Part shown: positions 48,451 to 57,637 of the stretch, one piece after another | Layout of the letters: each line of letters opens with the position of its first letter | Position numbering within the stretch: the first letter of the stretch is position 1 | NCBI GenBank assembly: GCA_965226375.1 | Contig: CBDDCX010000003.1 | Location: forward strand, 1 to 57,637 | Direction of reading: 5' to 3' | DNA from: Longimicrobiales bacterium | GTDB lineage: Bacteria > Gemmatimonadota > Gemmatimonadetes > Longimicrobiales > Gaopeijiaceae | Length of the DNA stretch: 57,637 bases | Position numbers and translations under genes: made by a program | The notes under the pieces: model-generated | The model's input: the letters and a program-made list of their open reading frames with translations, nothing else | Told to the model about the DNA's origin: nothing | The model's database searches: none

Positions 48451-49986
48451 ATGTCCATGCGAGAGCCGTTCGTCATCGTCCTGCTTCTCACCTTCGGGGC
48501 CGCCAGTGAGGGTCGGGCGCAGATCACCGATCCGATCCCGGCGCGGATCGAGAAGCGCGGCCTCATGGTCGAGATCCGGGATGTCGCCCGTCTACCGATG
48601 ACTCGCGGGATGCGTCCCCCCGATCAGGACGTGAACCCGGCGGGTTGGGCGCGCGTGAGCTTCGTGCGCGAGCTTTCGGACGGTCGCCGTTTTGCCAACG
48701 ACTCACGGGGCTTCTTGTACCTGCTCGAGGGCGGCGACCGACCTACCCTCTACCTGGACTTCGTAGCCGCCTTCCCGTTGGCGATCTACAGCCGGCTGGA
48801 GAGCGGCTTCATCGGATTCGACTTCCACCCGGAATTCGCTCGCAACGGACTCTTCTACACCGTCCACGGCGAGTATGCGGCGGGCAACCCCGCCATTCCC
48901 GACTTCATCCCGCCGGGCTTCACGCCGGCCGACGTCATCCACCACAACGTCATCACCGAGTGGCGCGCGACGAACCCGGGCGCAAGCCGGTTCGAGGGCA
49001 CCCGGCGCGAGCTGCTCCGTGTGGCCCACGTCGTCGCGAACCTGACCCACCCGTTCGGTTACGTGGGGTTCGACCCGACCGCGCGCCCCGGCGAGCCGGA
49101 CTACGGCCTGCTGTACACGAGCGGCAGCGACCTGGGGTTCAGTAACGGCGGCGGGCCAAACGCGAACAATCCGAGCCAGGTCCAGCGTCTGGACACCGTC
49201 GTCGGCGCGATCCTGCGCATCGATCCGCGCACTCCTGCGGAGTCGGGCGGCACGAAGGGGCTCGGCGACTACACGATCCCCGCAATCAACCCGTTCGCCT
49301 CCGACGGCGACCCGAGCACGCTCGGCGAGATCTACGCGTACGGGTTCCGTAACGCCCACAGGCTCTCTTGGGACCCGACGGACCGGACGATGTTCGCGTC
49401 GGACATCGGCATGAACAACATCGAGGAAATCAACATCGTGCGCGCAGGCCAGAACTACGGCTGGATGCGCCGCGAAGGGTACTTCGAGAACGGCGTGACC
49501 CGCCCCGGTGGTGCGCTGCGGGAGCTGTTCCCCCTGCCTGCTGATGTCCTCGACGGGCGGACGGAGGACGAGTTCACCTATCCGGTGGCGATGTTCGACC
49601 ACAACGACGGCCAGGTCGTGTCCGGAGGATTCGCCTATTACGGTCGGATCGAAGCGCTCCGGGACAAGTTCGTGTTCGGCGACCTCGTGCGCGGCCGGAT
49701 CTTCGCCGTCGATCTCGCCGCGATGAAGGCGGCCGATGACGGCATTCCGCGCACGGTGGCGCCCATCGAAGAGATCCAGCTCTACGTGCGTAACTCGAGC
49801 GGCGACCGCGTCTACGTGTCGTTCCGGGAGCTGGTCGAAGCGGCGAACGGCGCCACCGCCTCACGCGCCGACATGCACATCACCATCAGCGGCGACGGCG
49901 AACTCTTCATCACGTCCCGGCAGGACGGCATGATCCGCATGCTCGTCCCGGACTCGGGTATGGAGGCGGCAAACGGGGAAAGGTGA
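48451..49986 (+). CDS. PQQ-dependent sugar dehydrogenase / GSDH-type beta-propeller
   Basis: FHPEFARNG, GAILRIDP, EIYAYGFRNAHR, EEINIV and GQNYGW motifs; signal peptide. Confidence 0.85.
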   Translation: MSMREPFVIVLLLTFGAASEGRAQITDPIPARIEKRGLMVEIRDVARLPMTRGMRPPDQDVNPAGWARVSFVRELSDGRRFANDSRGFLYLLEGGDRPTLYLDFVAAFPLAIYSRLESGFIGFDFHPEFARNGLFYTVHGEYAAGNPAIPDFIPPGFTPADVIHHNVITEWRATNPGASRFEGTRRELLRVAHVVANLTHPFGYVGFDPTARPGEPDYGLLYTSGSDLGFSNGGGPNANNPSQVQRLDTVVGAILRIDPRTPAESGGTKGLGDYTIPAINPFASDGDPSTLGEIYAYGFRNAHRLSWDPTDRTMFASDIGMNNIEEINIVRAGQNYGWMRREGYFENGVTRPGGALRELFPLPADVLDGRTEDEFTYPVAMFDHNDGQVVSGGFAYYGRIEALRDKFVFGDLVRGRIFAVDLAAMKAADDGIPRTVAPIEEIQLYVRNSSGDRVYVSFRELVEAANGATASRADMHITISGDGELFITSRQDGMIRMLVPDSGMEAANGER

Positions 49987-50009
49987 GGCGGGGTGGCTTT
50001 CACAAGAGT

Positions 50010-50036
50010 TCGGCTCCGACCTACGGTTGGGGCCGA
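50010..50036. terminator. GC hairpin after the GSDH gene (possible terminator)
   Basis: TCGGCTCCGACC-TAC-GGTTGGGGCCGA; no U-tract. Confidence 0.35.
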
Positions 50037-50152
50037 GTCGGCGACCCCCTGAACCCCGTTGACCTACCCGGATGGGCTAAATCACGGCAAGGAATCGTCT
50101 AAACCCTTACCGGGCTGCACGATCTGCCGCCCTTGCCGACATCTGATTCCGG

Positions 50153-50240
50153 GAGCTGCCGGGGTTCAACAGCGGGAATAACGGCGGGAACAGCGGGAAG
50201 AAGAGCGGGAGTCTCTACTCTGAACCCACCCGCTGCCCCC
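50153..50240 (+). repeat. 88-bp dispersed repeat, copy B
   Basis: GCGGGA at 50172, 50184, 50193 and 50205; same 12/9/12 spacing as copy A. Confidence 0.93.
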
Positions 50241-50329
50241 ATCTAGACTCGCACGATTGCTTGCAGCCACACACGCCCTAAGCACATCTTTGTTGAGCAT
50301 ATACGCCGTGACGAAGGGGCATCGCATCA

Positions 50330-50746
50330 ATGCAGAACTCTGAATGGCCCACGTGGAAATGCGCCTTATTCACTGGTTCGATCTGCGCCATACCGCTCTC
50401 CCTTCTTATTGTGGCATACCCGGCCGTTGGATTTTCAATGTTGGCGATTCTCATCTTGTTATATGTGGGATTGGTCAAGCTGTTCGGTACGGGTTTTGTG
50501 GTCGAAGGGGGGTGTATCGTAATCATTCCGGCGGTACTCATTTCCACGATAAGCCCAGCGTTCTTCGCTTCGCTATATGGTACCCCTGAGGGCGTTATTC
50601 CTGACCCGAATCCGGTCTCTCTCGTTGTGCTGGCCGCCTTGGTCGTCGTCTTTGTATGGTTTGGTCTCTCAGTCGTGCGCGACGTTCGCAACGATAGTCG
50701 GCTCAGGCGGCTCTACGAAGAGGCCGAAAAACCCGAAGACGCTTAG
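50330..50746 (+). CDS. Small hypothetical membrane protein, AT-richer than its neighbours
   Basis: About four hydrophobic segments and a charged tail; no family recognised. Confidence 0.6.
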   Translation: MQNSEWPTWKCALFTGSICAIPLSLLIVAYPAVGFSMLAILILLYVGLVKLFGTGFVVEGGCIVIIPAVLISTISPAFFASLYGTPEGVIPDPNPVSLVVLAALVVVFVWFGLSVVRDVRNDSRLRRLYEEAEKPEDA

Positions 50747-51036
50747 AACGCGATTCTGGGCTTCTGCTTGTGCCTACCGGTCCACTCACGGATGTTGAGC
50801 GCAGTCTGCGTGGGGCCATCATGTTCCGAAGCCGATCAGCACGGACATGAAGCGGTCACGACCCCTGAACCGGGCAGAAACGGGCTGGCGGGTGGATGGC
50901 CCCGCGTATAAGTTGTGTTTGTCGGGCCAGGTCCTCGGATCGGGGAGTTGGCGGCGGCTCTAGTTCCGCCAACGGCGACACGTTCGTAAGACCCGGACCA
51001 CCGGGAAGAGGGTTACAAAGCCTTTACAGGAGCCGG

Positions 51037-53469
51037 ATGAAAACGCTCACGCTCTGGGCCGTGTTGGCAGGGATCGGGCTGGTCGTTAGCGATCAGTCAG
51101 TCGAGATGTCCTTCGCCGAGTCCGGGGCAGGAGCGTCGGTTGCCTACCGCGTCACCCATGCGACCCAGCCGATGCCCGGCCCCCTCTCCACCCGAGCGGT
51201 CGACGACCTGACCGAAGTGGTCCAGCAGTACTGTGTGGACTGTCACAGTGACCGGCGGTTGAGGGGGAACCTGTCGCTCGAGGGTTTCTCGGTGGAGAAC
51301 GCCTCGGCCGAGGCGGAAACGGCCGAGAAGATGATCCGCAAGTTACGGGCGGGGATGATGCCGCCCCCCGGTAGGAGGCGGCCGGCCGGCGACACGCTCC
51401 TGGCGTTGGTGGAAGCGCTCGAGACCGATGTGGACGAAGCGGCAGTGGGGGCTCCGAACGTGGGCGTTCGTCGGTTTCAACGGCTGAGTCAGGCCGAGTA
51501 CGAGCACGTAATGGCGGATCTCTTTGGCCTCGAGGTCGACGCGAGCAAGTGGCTCCCCCCAGACGTTCTCGTGGGCAGCTTCGACAACATGTCCGCCGCG
51601 CAGGCGCTCTCGACCACCCTTCTGGACTCGTACCTGAGAGCGGCGGCCGACATCTCTCGCTTGGCGATCGGCAATCCCACGGTCACCTCCTCCACTACGA
51701 AGCACGGTAATCCGATGGAGGTCTCACAGCACGCGTGGGATCACATCGAAGGGACACCGTTCGGAACGCGTGGTGGCATGGTCGTGACGCACGACTTCCC
51801 GGCCGACGGCAAGTACGTCTTCCAGATCGGCACCGCCCAGGGCAGTGGCAACCAAACCTCGGTTGAGGATCTCGACATCTCGATCGACGGCGAGCCCGCT
51901 GCGCTCCTGATGCTCGAGCACAACGCGGCGGGATCGCTCCCGGCGATCGAGACAGAGCCGATCTTCGTTCGAGCCGGCCAACACAGGGTATCCGCCGCGT
52001 TCGTCAACCTTATCGAGGGTCCGTACGAGGATCGGTTCAGCCCGCCGGATTGGTCACGTGCGGGCACCGCGGGTCGAGGTTACGGAGTGACCGGCCTCAC
52101 CCACCTCACCGAGCTGCTGATCACGGGGCCCAGGGATGTGGTGGGTGTGTCGGACACCGAGAGCCGCACGAGAATCTTCACGTGCTACCCGGCCGCGCCC
52201 GTCGAAGAGCAGCCGTGCGCGGAGTCCATCTTCACGGAGCTGGCTGGGAAGGCGTATCGGCGGCCTGTTTCGGACGATGACGTAGCAGACCTGATGGCCC
52301 TCTACGACGCGGCTGCGCTGGACGGAGGGTTCGAGATCGGAGTACGTGAGGGATTGCAGGGCATCCTCATCTCGCCCGAATTCCTGTTCCGCCTGGAGAG
52401 GGAGCCAGCCGACGCTTCGGGCGAGCGCTACCCGCTGAGCGGCGTGGACCTGGCATCACGACTCTCCTTCTTCCTTTGGGCATCCGGTCCCGACGCCGAG
52501 TTGATCGACCTCGCCGGGAGCGGCCGGCTCACTGAGCCTGGCGTCCTCGAGCAGCAAGTCGAGCGCATGCTCGACGACCCGAGATCCGAGACCCTCGCGA
52601 CACGTTTTGCCCACCAGTGGCTTCGGCTGCAAGGTGTGGGTTTGGTATGGCCCGAGTCCTATCTCTACCCGGACTTCAGTAAGCAGCTCGCCGACGGCAT
52701 GGTCCGAGAGACCCAGCTCTTCTTCCATGCTCTGGTCCAGAATGACCGGAGCTTACTGGAGCTGTTCGACGCGGACTACTCGTTCCTCAACGAGCGGTTG
52801 GCCCAACACTACGGAATCGTTGGCGTCGAAGGGCCCGAGTTCCGCCGAGTCGAGTATCCGGACGACCGGCGTCGGGGGATACTCGGACACGGAAGCGTGC
52901 TGACTTTGACTTCGATGTCGGGGCGGACTTCTCCGGTTCTGCGCGGCAAGTGGGTCATGGAGGTACTCATGGGGACTCCTCCGCCTCCCCCACCGCCTAA
53001 CGTGCCGACGCTGGACGAGGTGGAGTCGGCAACGGACGGTCGCTTCTTGACCACACGTGAAAGAATGGAACAGCATCGCCGCTCTCCCGTGTGCAGCTCG
53101 TGCCACAACTTCATCGACCCCATCGGACTCGCCCTCGACAACTTCGACGCGACCGGTGCCTGGCGCATCCGAGAGAACAACGCGCCCCTAGATACGCACG
53201 GTGTCTACTACGACGGGACCGAGATCAGCACGCCCGCCGAGCTGGCGGACGTACTGTTGAAGCGTCCGATCTCGCTGGTCCGCAACTTCACCGAGCAGTT
53301 GCTGACGTATGCGATCGGGCGTCCCACGAACTACCTCGACCAGCCGACGATCCGAAGCATCGCGCGCACAGCTGAAGCGAACGAATACAGGATGTCATCT
53401 CTGATCTTGGGAATTGTGAAGAGCGATGCGTTTCGCATGCGGCGCACGCAGACCGCCACAGTGAATTGA
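51037..53469 (+). CDS. DUF1592-family (PSCyt/PSD) cytochrome-domain protein
   Basis: CVDCH and CSSCH; RLSQAEY, LASRLSFFLW and TSPVLRGKWV motifs. Confidence 0.92.
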   Translation: MKTLTLWAVLAGIGLVVSDQSVEMSFAESGAGASVAYRVTHATQPMPGPLSTRAVDDLTEVVQQYCVDCHSDRRLRGNLSLEGFSVENASAEAETAEKMIRKLRAGMMPPPGRRRPAGDTLLALVEALETDVDEAAVGAPNVGVRRFQRLSQAEYEHVMADLFGLEVDASKWLPPDVLVGSFDNMSAAQALSTTLLDSYLRAAADISRLAIGNPTVTSSTTKHGNPMEVSQHAWDHIEGTPFGTRGGMVVTHDFPADGKYVFQIGTAQGSGNQTSVEDLDISIDGEPAALLMLEHNAAGSLPAIETEPIFVRAGQHRVSAAFVNLIEGPYEDRFSPPDWSRAGTAGRGYGVTGLTHLTELLITGPRDVVGVSDTESRTRIFTCYPAAPVEEQPCAESIFTELAGKAYRRPVSDDDVADLMALYDAAALDGGFEIGVREGLQGILISPEFLFRLEREPADASGERYPLSGVDLASRLSFFLWASGPDAELIDLAGSGRLTEPGVLEQQVERMLDDPRSETLATRFAHQWLRLQGVGLVWPESYLYPDFSKQLADGMVRETQLFFHALVQNDRSLLELFDADYSFLNERLAQHYGIVGVEGPEFRRVEYPDDRRRGILGHGSVLTLTSMSGRTSPVLRGKWVMEVLMGTPPPPPPPNVPTLDEVESATDGRFLTTRERMEQHRRSPVCSSCHNFIDPIGLALDNFDATGAWRIRENNAPLDTHGVYYDGTEISTPAELADVLLKRPISLVRNFTEQLLTYAIGRPTNYLDQPTIRSIARTAEANEYRMSSLILGIVKSDAFRMRRTQTATVN

Positions 53470-53483
53470 GGGGACACAGAACG

Positions 53484-54905
53484 ATGAATGTCATTACTGG
53501 AAAGCACCTTTCGCGTCGGACCTTTCTCCGCGGTGCGGGGGCGTCGGTGGCCCTCCCGTTCATGAGTGCCATGGTTCCGGCGGGCCGAGGCTGGCGCGAT
53601 CCGGCGCAGGAGCAGTTCACCCGATTGCTGTGCGTGGAAGAGTCGATGGGGTGCGCCGGCGGCAACGACTGGGGAGATCAGCAGAACTTCTTCGCTCCGG
53701 CGAGGGTCGGCCGCGACTTCGAGTTCACGGACCAGAGCCAGCTCAAGCCGCTCGAGCCGTTCCGGGACTACCTGACAGTAGTCAGCAACACGGACGTCCG
53801 GATGGCGGAGCCCTATCAGGCCGCGGAAATCGGGGGTGATCACGATCGATCGACGGCTGTGTTCCTGACTCAATCCCATCCACTCCAAACGCAAGCGGAC
53901 ATCTTCATCGGTAAGTCGTTGGATCAAATCCATGCCGACCGGTTCGGGCAGGAGACCGTCTTGCCCTCGCTCGAGATCACGACCGAGCAGATGGATCGCG
54001 GCGGTGGGTGTGCCTACAACTATCACTGCGCCTACACGACGTCGCTGGCCTGGGCCTCCCCAACTGATCCGCTCCCGGCCATCCGGGAGCCACGGGTGGT
54101 CTTCGAGCGGCTCTTTGGAGCGGGCGATTCCATGGCGGACCGGTCCGCGCGGCTCCGCACGAGTCAGAGTCTGCTCGACTGGGTGATGGGCAAGTTGACG
54201 GATCTGAAGAGGGAGCTCGGGGCGCTCGACCGCCAGGCATTGGACCAGTACACGACCCATGTGCGGGAAGTGGAGCGGCGGATCCAGCTGATGGAGGCTC
54301 AGAACATCAGCGGTGAAGAGAGGGAGATGCCCGAGGCACCCTCAGGGATCCCCGACCGCTGGGAAGACCACATGCGGCTGATGTTCGACCTCCAGGTGCT
54401 GGCCCTTCAGGCCGACCTGACCCGGGTCGTCACGTTCAAGACCGGATTCGACCTTCAAAACAGCACGTTCCCGGAGAGCGGCTCGAGCAAGTCCTTCCAC
54501 GGTGCCTCACACCACGGGAACGTGCACGCGGCCGTCAGGGAGTTCAACACGATCAATACCTACCGGCTGAGCCAGATGGCGTACTTACTCGAGAAGATGA
54601 GGGACACGATGGAAGGTGGGACGTCGCTCCTCGACAAGACGGCCATCATCTGGGGCTCGCCGATGGGAGACCCGAATCTGCACAACCATCGACGCTGCCC
54701 CCTCCTCCTGATGGGCAAGGCGAATGGTGCACTGGAAGGGAACGTCCATCTGCGGGCCCCGGAGGGGACACCGATGGCCAATGTCTTCTTGAGCCTGATG
54801 CAACGTATGGGACACGACAACATGCCGAGCTTCGGTGACAGCACGGGTGAGTTCCCGCTGAGCTTCCCCATCGGAAGCTCAGCAGGTTCGAGGGGGGGGG
54901 CATGA
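53484..54905 (+). CDS. DUF1552-family protein
   Basis: LSRRTFLRGAG Tat-like motif, YHCAYT, PRVVFERLFG, HGASHH and PMAN...FGDSTG motifs. Confidence 0.92.
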   Translation: MNVITGKHLSRRTFLRGAGASVALPFMSAMVPAGRGWRDPAQEQFTRLLCVEESMGCAGGNDWGDQQNFFAPARVGRDFEFTDQSQLKPLEPFRDYLTVVSNTDVRMAEPYQAAEIGGDHDRSTAVFLTQSHPLQTQADIFIGKSLDQIHADRFGQETVLPSLEITTEQMDRGGGCAYNYHCAYTTSLAWASPTDPLPAIREPRVVFERLFGAGDSMADRSARLRTSQSLLDWVMGKLTDLKRELGALDRQALDQYTTHVREVERRIQLMEAQNISGEEREMPEAPSGIPDRWEDHMRLMFDLQVLALQADLTRVVTFKTGFDLQNSTFPESGSSKSFHGASHHGNVHAAVREFNTINTYRLSQMAYLLEKMRDTMEGGTSLLDKTAIIWGSPMGDPNLHNHRRCPLLLMGKANGALEGNVHLRAPEGTPMANVFLSLMQRMGHDNMPSFGDSTGEFPLSFPIGSSAGSRGGA

Positions 54906-56824
54906 GAGCACACATAGCGGTGCGCCCGGCAGGTGCCGTCCTGGCGCTGATCCTGCTGACGGGAGCCGCTCCAGGCGACACGCCGCTCCTCGACGCGGTC
55001 CAACGAGGAGACACCCAAGCCGTGCGGGCCCTGCTCGAGGACGGCGCCGATCCGGCGGCGGCTCGAGGCGACGGGGTTGCCGCCCTACATCTGGCGGCCC
55101 AAGAGGGATTCGATGAGATCGCCGGCCTGCTGCTCGGTGCTGGCGCGGACCCTGGGGCCGTGACACGCATAGGTGGTTACACACCGCTGCACATGGCCAG
55201 TGGAGGCGGTCATCTCGACGTGGTCCGCCAGCTTCTCGATGGTGGCGCCCATGTGAGCGCAACGACCACCACGACGGGGGTGACGCCACTCCATCTCGCC
55301 GCCAAGGCGCTGAATGGCGAACGCGTCGTGGGCCTCTTGCTCGAACGGGGTGCGCCCGTCGATGCGGTAGAGAGTTCGGCCGGTCAGACCCCACTGATGT
55401 TCGCGGCGGCTCAAAGCCGCGACGCCTCCGTGCTCGAGTTGCTCAGGCACGGAGCGGACCCCTCCATCCGCACCGAGGTGATCGACGTCCTCCAGAGGAT
55501 GGTGATCGATCGAGCGGCAGAGGGACGACTCCGTGAGGCACTCACCGAGCTCAGCGGAGGCTCAGAGACCAGCGGCGAGTGGACACCGGTGACCGCGACG
55601 GACGTGCAACGGGCCCTCGTGGTGCAGCGCGAGTTCTTGATGTCGGAAGAGATCGATGCGCTGCTCGCCGACTTCCACCCCGATGATCTGGCCACTCGGC
55701 GGCCCGCCTGGAACACGCCCTCGGGCTACAGGAGCGAGCTCCAAGTCCTCCGTCGACCCAGGATGGAAACGCTGGTCGGGAAGACGGGCGGGATGACGGC
55801 TCTGCTGCACGCGGTGCGAGAAGGCCATGTGAAGGTGGCGGAGGAGCTACTCGACCATGGAGCGGACATCGATCAGGTCAGCGGGGACGGGAGCAGCGCG
55901 CTGGTGCTCGCTGCCCTGAACGGCCAGTTCGACATGGCCAAGCTCCTGATTGAGCGTGGCGCCGATCCCAACGTGGTCACCACAACAGATGGGATCTCAG
56001 CGCTCTTCGCCGTGCTGCAAACCCAATGGGCTTTCAAGTTCACCGACCATCCGCAGCCAAGGGCCCAGGACAACCAGCGAACCCGCTACATGGAGGTGCT
56101 CAACGCCCTTCTGGAGGCTGGTGCAGACCCGAACGCGCCGCTCAGGACGCACCTCTGGCATGCGGACTTCCTGCGCGAGAAGCTGGGCCTGGACGTGACG
56201 GGCGCGACGCCGTTCTGGAGAGCGGCGTTCGCACAGGATATCGAGGCCATGAAGGCCCTGGTCGATCACGGAGCCGACCCGAACATCCCCACCACACTTC
56301 CGGAGGTCGGGATGAGGGCGGGGCGGCAAAACGACGGACGCCTCCAGCAGGACTCCGGAGTTCTGCCCCTTCCCGAGGGCACTCCGAACATGTACCCCAT
56401 CCACATCGCTGCCGGGGGCGGGTACATGGGCCTCGGCGCGTTCCAGATGAACAGCGTTCCGAACAACTTCCTGAACGCAGTGAAGTACCTGGTCGAGGAG
56501 CACGGGGCCGACGTCAACCTTCCGGACGGTTGGGGCTACACGCCCCTCCACTATGCCGCTGTTCGGGGCGGCAACGACGTGATCGAATACCTGGTCTCGA
56601 AAGATGCCAACGTGAAGGCCCTCAGTAGGCTTGGCCAATCCACGGCCGACATGGCCCGGGGTGGGCGTGCCGGGTACTTCTCGCGGCCGGCCTATCCGAC
56701 CACCGTCGAGTTGCTACAGAGCCTGGGGTCAACACTGGAGTGCTTGAACACCCACTTCCGCGGCACGGGTGACTTCTGCCCTGGCGTGGGTGTGCCACCC
56801 TTCGGGTCGGAGCTAAGGCCCTGA
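54902..56824 (+). CDS. Secreted ankyrin-repeat protein
   Basis: Multiple TPLH/TPLM..AA...LL..GAD repeats; signal peptide; ATGA coupling to DUF1552. Confidence 0.93.
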   Translation: MRAHIAVRPAGAVLALILLTGAAPGDTPLLDAVQRGDTQAVRALLEDGADPAAARGDGVAALHLAAQEGFDEIAGLLLGAGADPGAVTRIGGYTPLHMASGGGHLDVVRQLLDGGAHVSATTTTTGVTPLHLAAKALNGERVVGLLLERGAPVDAVESSAGQTPLMFAAAQSRDASVLELLRHGADPSIRTEVIDVLQRMVIDRAAEGRLREALTELSGGSETSGEWTPVTATDVQRALVVQREFLMSEEIDALLADFHPDDLATRRPAWNTPSGYRSELQVLRRPRMETLVGKTGGMTALLHAVREGHVKVAEELLDHGADIDQVSGDGSSALVLAALNGQFDMAKLLIERGADPNVVTTTDGISALFAVLQTQWAFKFTDHPQPRAQDNQRTRYMEVLNALLEAGADPNAPLRTHLWHADFLREKLGLDVTGATPFWRAAFAQDIEAMKALVDHGADPNIPTTLPEVGMRAGRQNDGRLQQDSGVLPLPEGTPNMYPIHIAAGGGYMGLGAFQMNSVPNNFLNAVKYLVEEHGADVNLPDGWGYTPLHYAAVRGGNDVIEYLVSKDANVKALSRLGQSTADMARGGRAGYFSRPAYPTTVELLQSLGSTLECLNTHFRGTGDFCPGVGVPPFGSELRP

Positions 56825-57375
56825 CGCCGACGTAACAGCATCCGCTCGAACTGAGCGGGGGGCCCACACGCCCGCAAGGGCCAAGTGAGCCCCACACGAT
56901 CCCGAGGTGCGCAGAAAGTCCCGGCGCGAGTGCACTGGGCTCGATGATCTCCACATGCTCTGTCTCCGGCAGGCATGAGTGGGATGTGAGACGCGGCCTA
57001 CACCCTAGGCTGCGGCAGTCGCGGGGCGCGTCCTAGCTCACGCCCCGCCGCGTGATCTTCAGGATCCGGTCGCCGTCCGAGGCTACCGGAGTCGGCGTGC
57101 GGCGCGTTCTCATGACCGTTTCGTCCCTGCCGTACAGACCCGCCGAACGCCCCTCACGACACCCGTATGCCTCGGCGCACGGCCATCGGCTGGCCATCGA
57201 ATACCTGGGCCATGCTCGTGGGAGATGACATGGCCATCCGTAGCCGAAGGAGGCACAAAGTACGCATTGGTCGGATGAACTTCAAAAGAGCTACTTACAA
57301 ATGTAGGCGAAACTGTGCACGAATCACCGAGAGAATCAGACTTACAGGTAATCACAGAGGCACCCGGAAACCTGG

Positions 57376-57637
57376 TGTCAACGCCGGTTGAAAAAGTTAC
57401 AAACGTGGCGGGTGAAAATGTTACACCCGGCGGAGGTGACGAGCCTCTAGTTCGTCGACTTCTCCTTTGCTCTTGCTCTCTTTCTCTTGGGGGGTAAAGG
57501 GCTCGGCTCCGCAGGAGGCGAGTGTAGGATCTTGGAAAGGTCGATGTGCTTGCGCATGCGGTAGCTGCTGCCGCGTATGTTGACGATATGACAGTGATGC
57601 AGCAAGCGATCGATGAGTGCAGCGGCCATGACCTCGT
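57376..57637 (-). mobile_element. IS21-family element, right end (runs off the window)
   Basis: Terminus TGTCAACGCC with internal repeats GAAAAAGTTACA and GAAAATGTTACA, next to the istB 3' end. Confidence 0.88.
57447..57637 (-). CDS. istB: IS21 ATPase IstB, C-terminal part
   Basis: AAALIDRLLHHCHIVNIRGSSYRMR motif. Confidence 0.93.
   Translation of the reverse strand, partial: EVMAAALIDRLLHHCHIVNIRGSSYRMRKHIDLSKILHSPPAEPSPLPPKRKRARAKEKSTN

Noticed and set aside
56830..57110. Several GC hairpins after the ankyrin gene as a riboswitch or ncRNA
   Set aside because: No known consensus recognised, and such stems are common at this GC content.

Overview
High-GC bacterial chromosomal segment. The gene families (PadR plus ADOP-type permease, DUF1592/DUF1552/ankyrin, DUF6644/DUF6152, many exported PQQ, FAD and amidohydrolase enzymes) suggest Gemmatimonadota or Acidobacteriota (inference). 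About 40 genes encode mostly secreted or periplasmic catabolic and redox enzymes, and several are broken by frameshifts, amber stops or IS truncation. A mobile hotspot at 23.5-29 kb has IS256 nested in IS630, an IS3 element that truncates a BNR/VPS10-type gene, and a 339-bp direct duplication. An IS21 end lies at the right edge. Most notable unexplained structure: (1) a host promoter, RBS and Tat signal peptide nearly identical to those of a spermidine-dehydrogenase-like gene are fused in frame to an AT-rich foreign beta-propeller gene that ends at an attC-like site; (2) a relic attP-like site built on a tRNA-Pro 5' half, with a matching 3' piece 26 kb away on the opposite strand; (3) two dispersed repeat families (88 bp with four GCGGGA-type boxes; 41 bp ending in GTTGA) beside small foreign-looking genes; (4) short tandem duplications at a Tat motif and a gene junction that change reading frames. 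All family calls come from motif recognition, not database searches.
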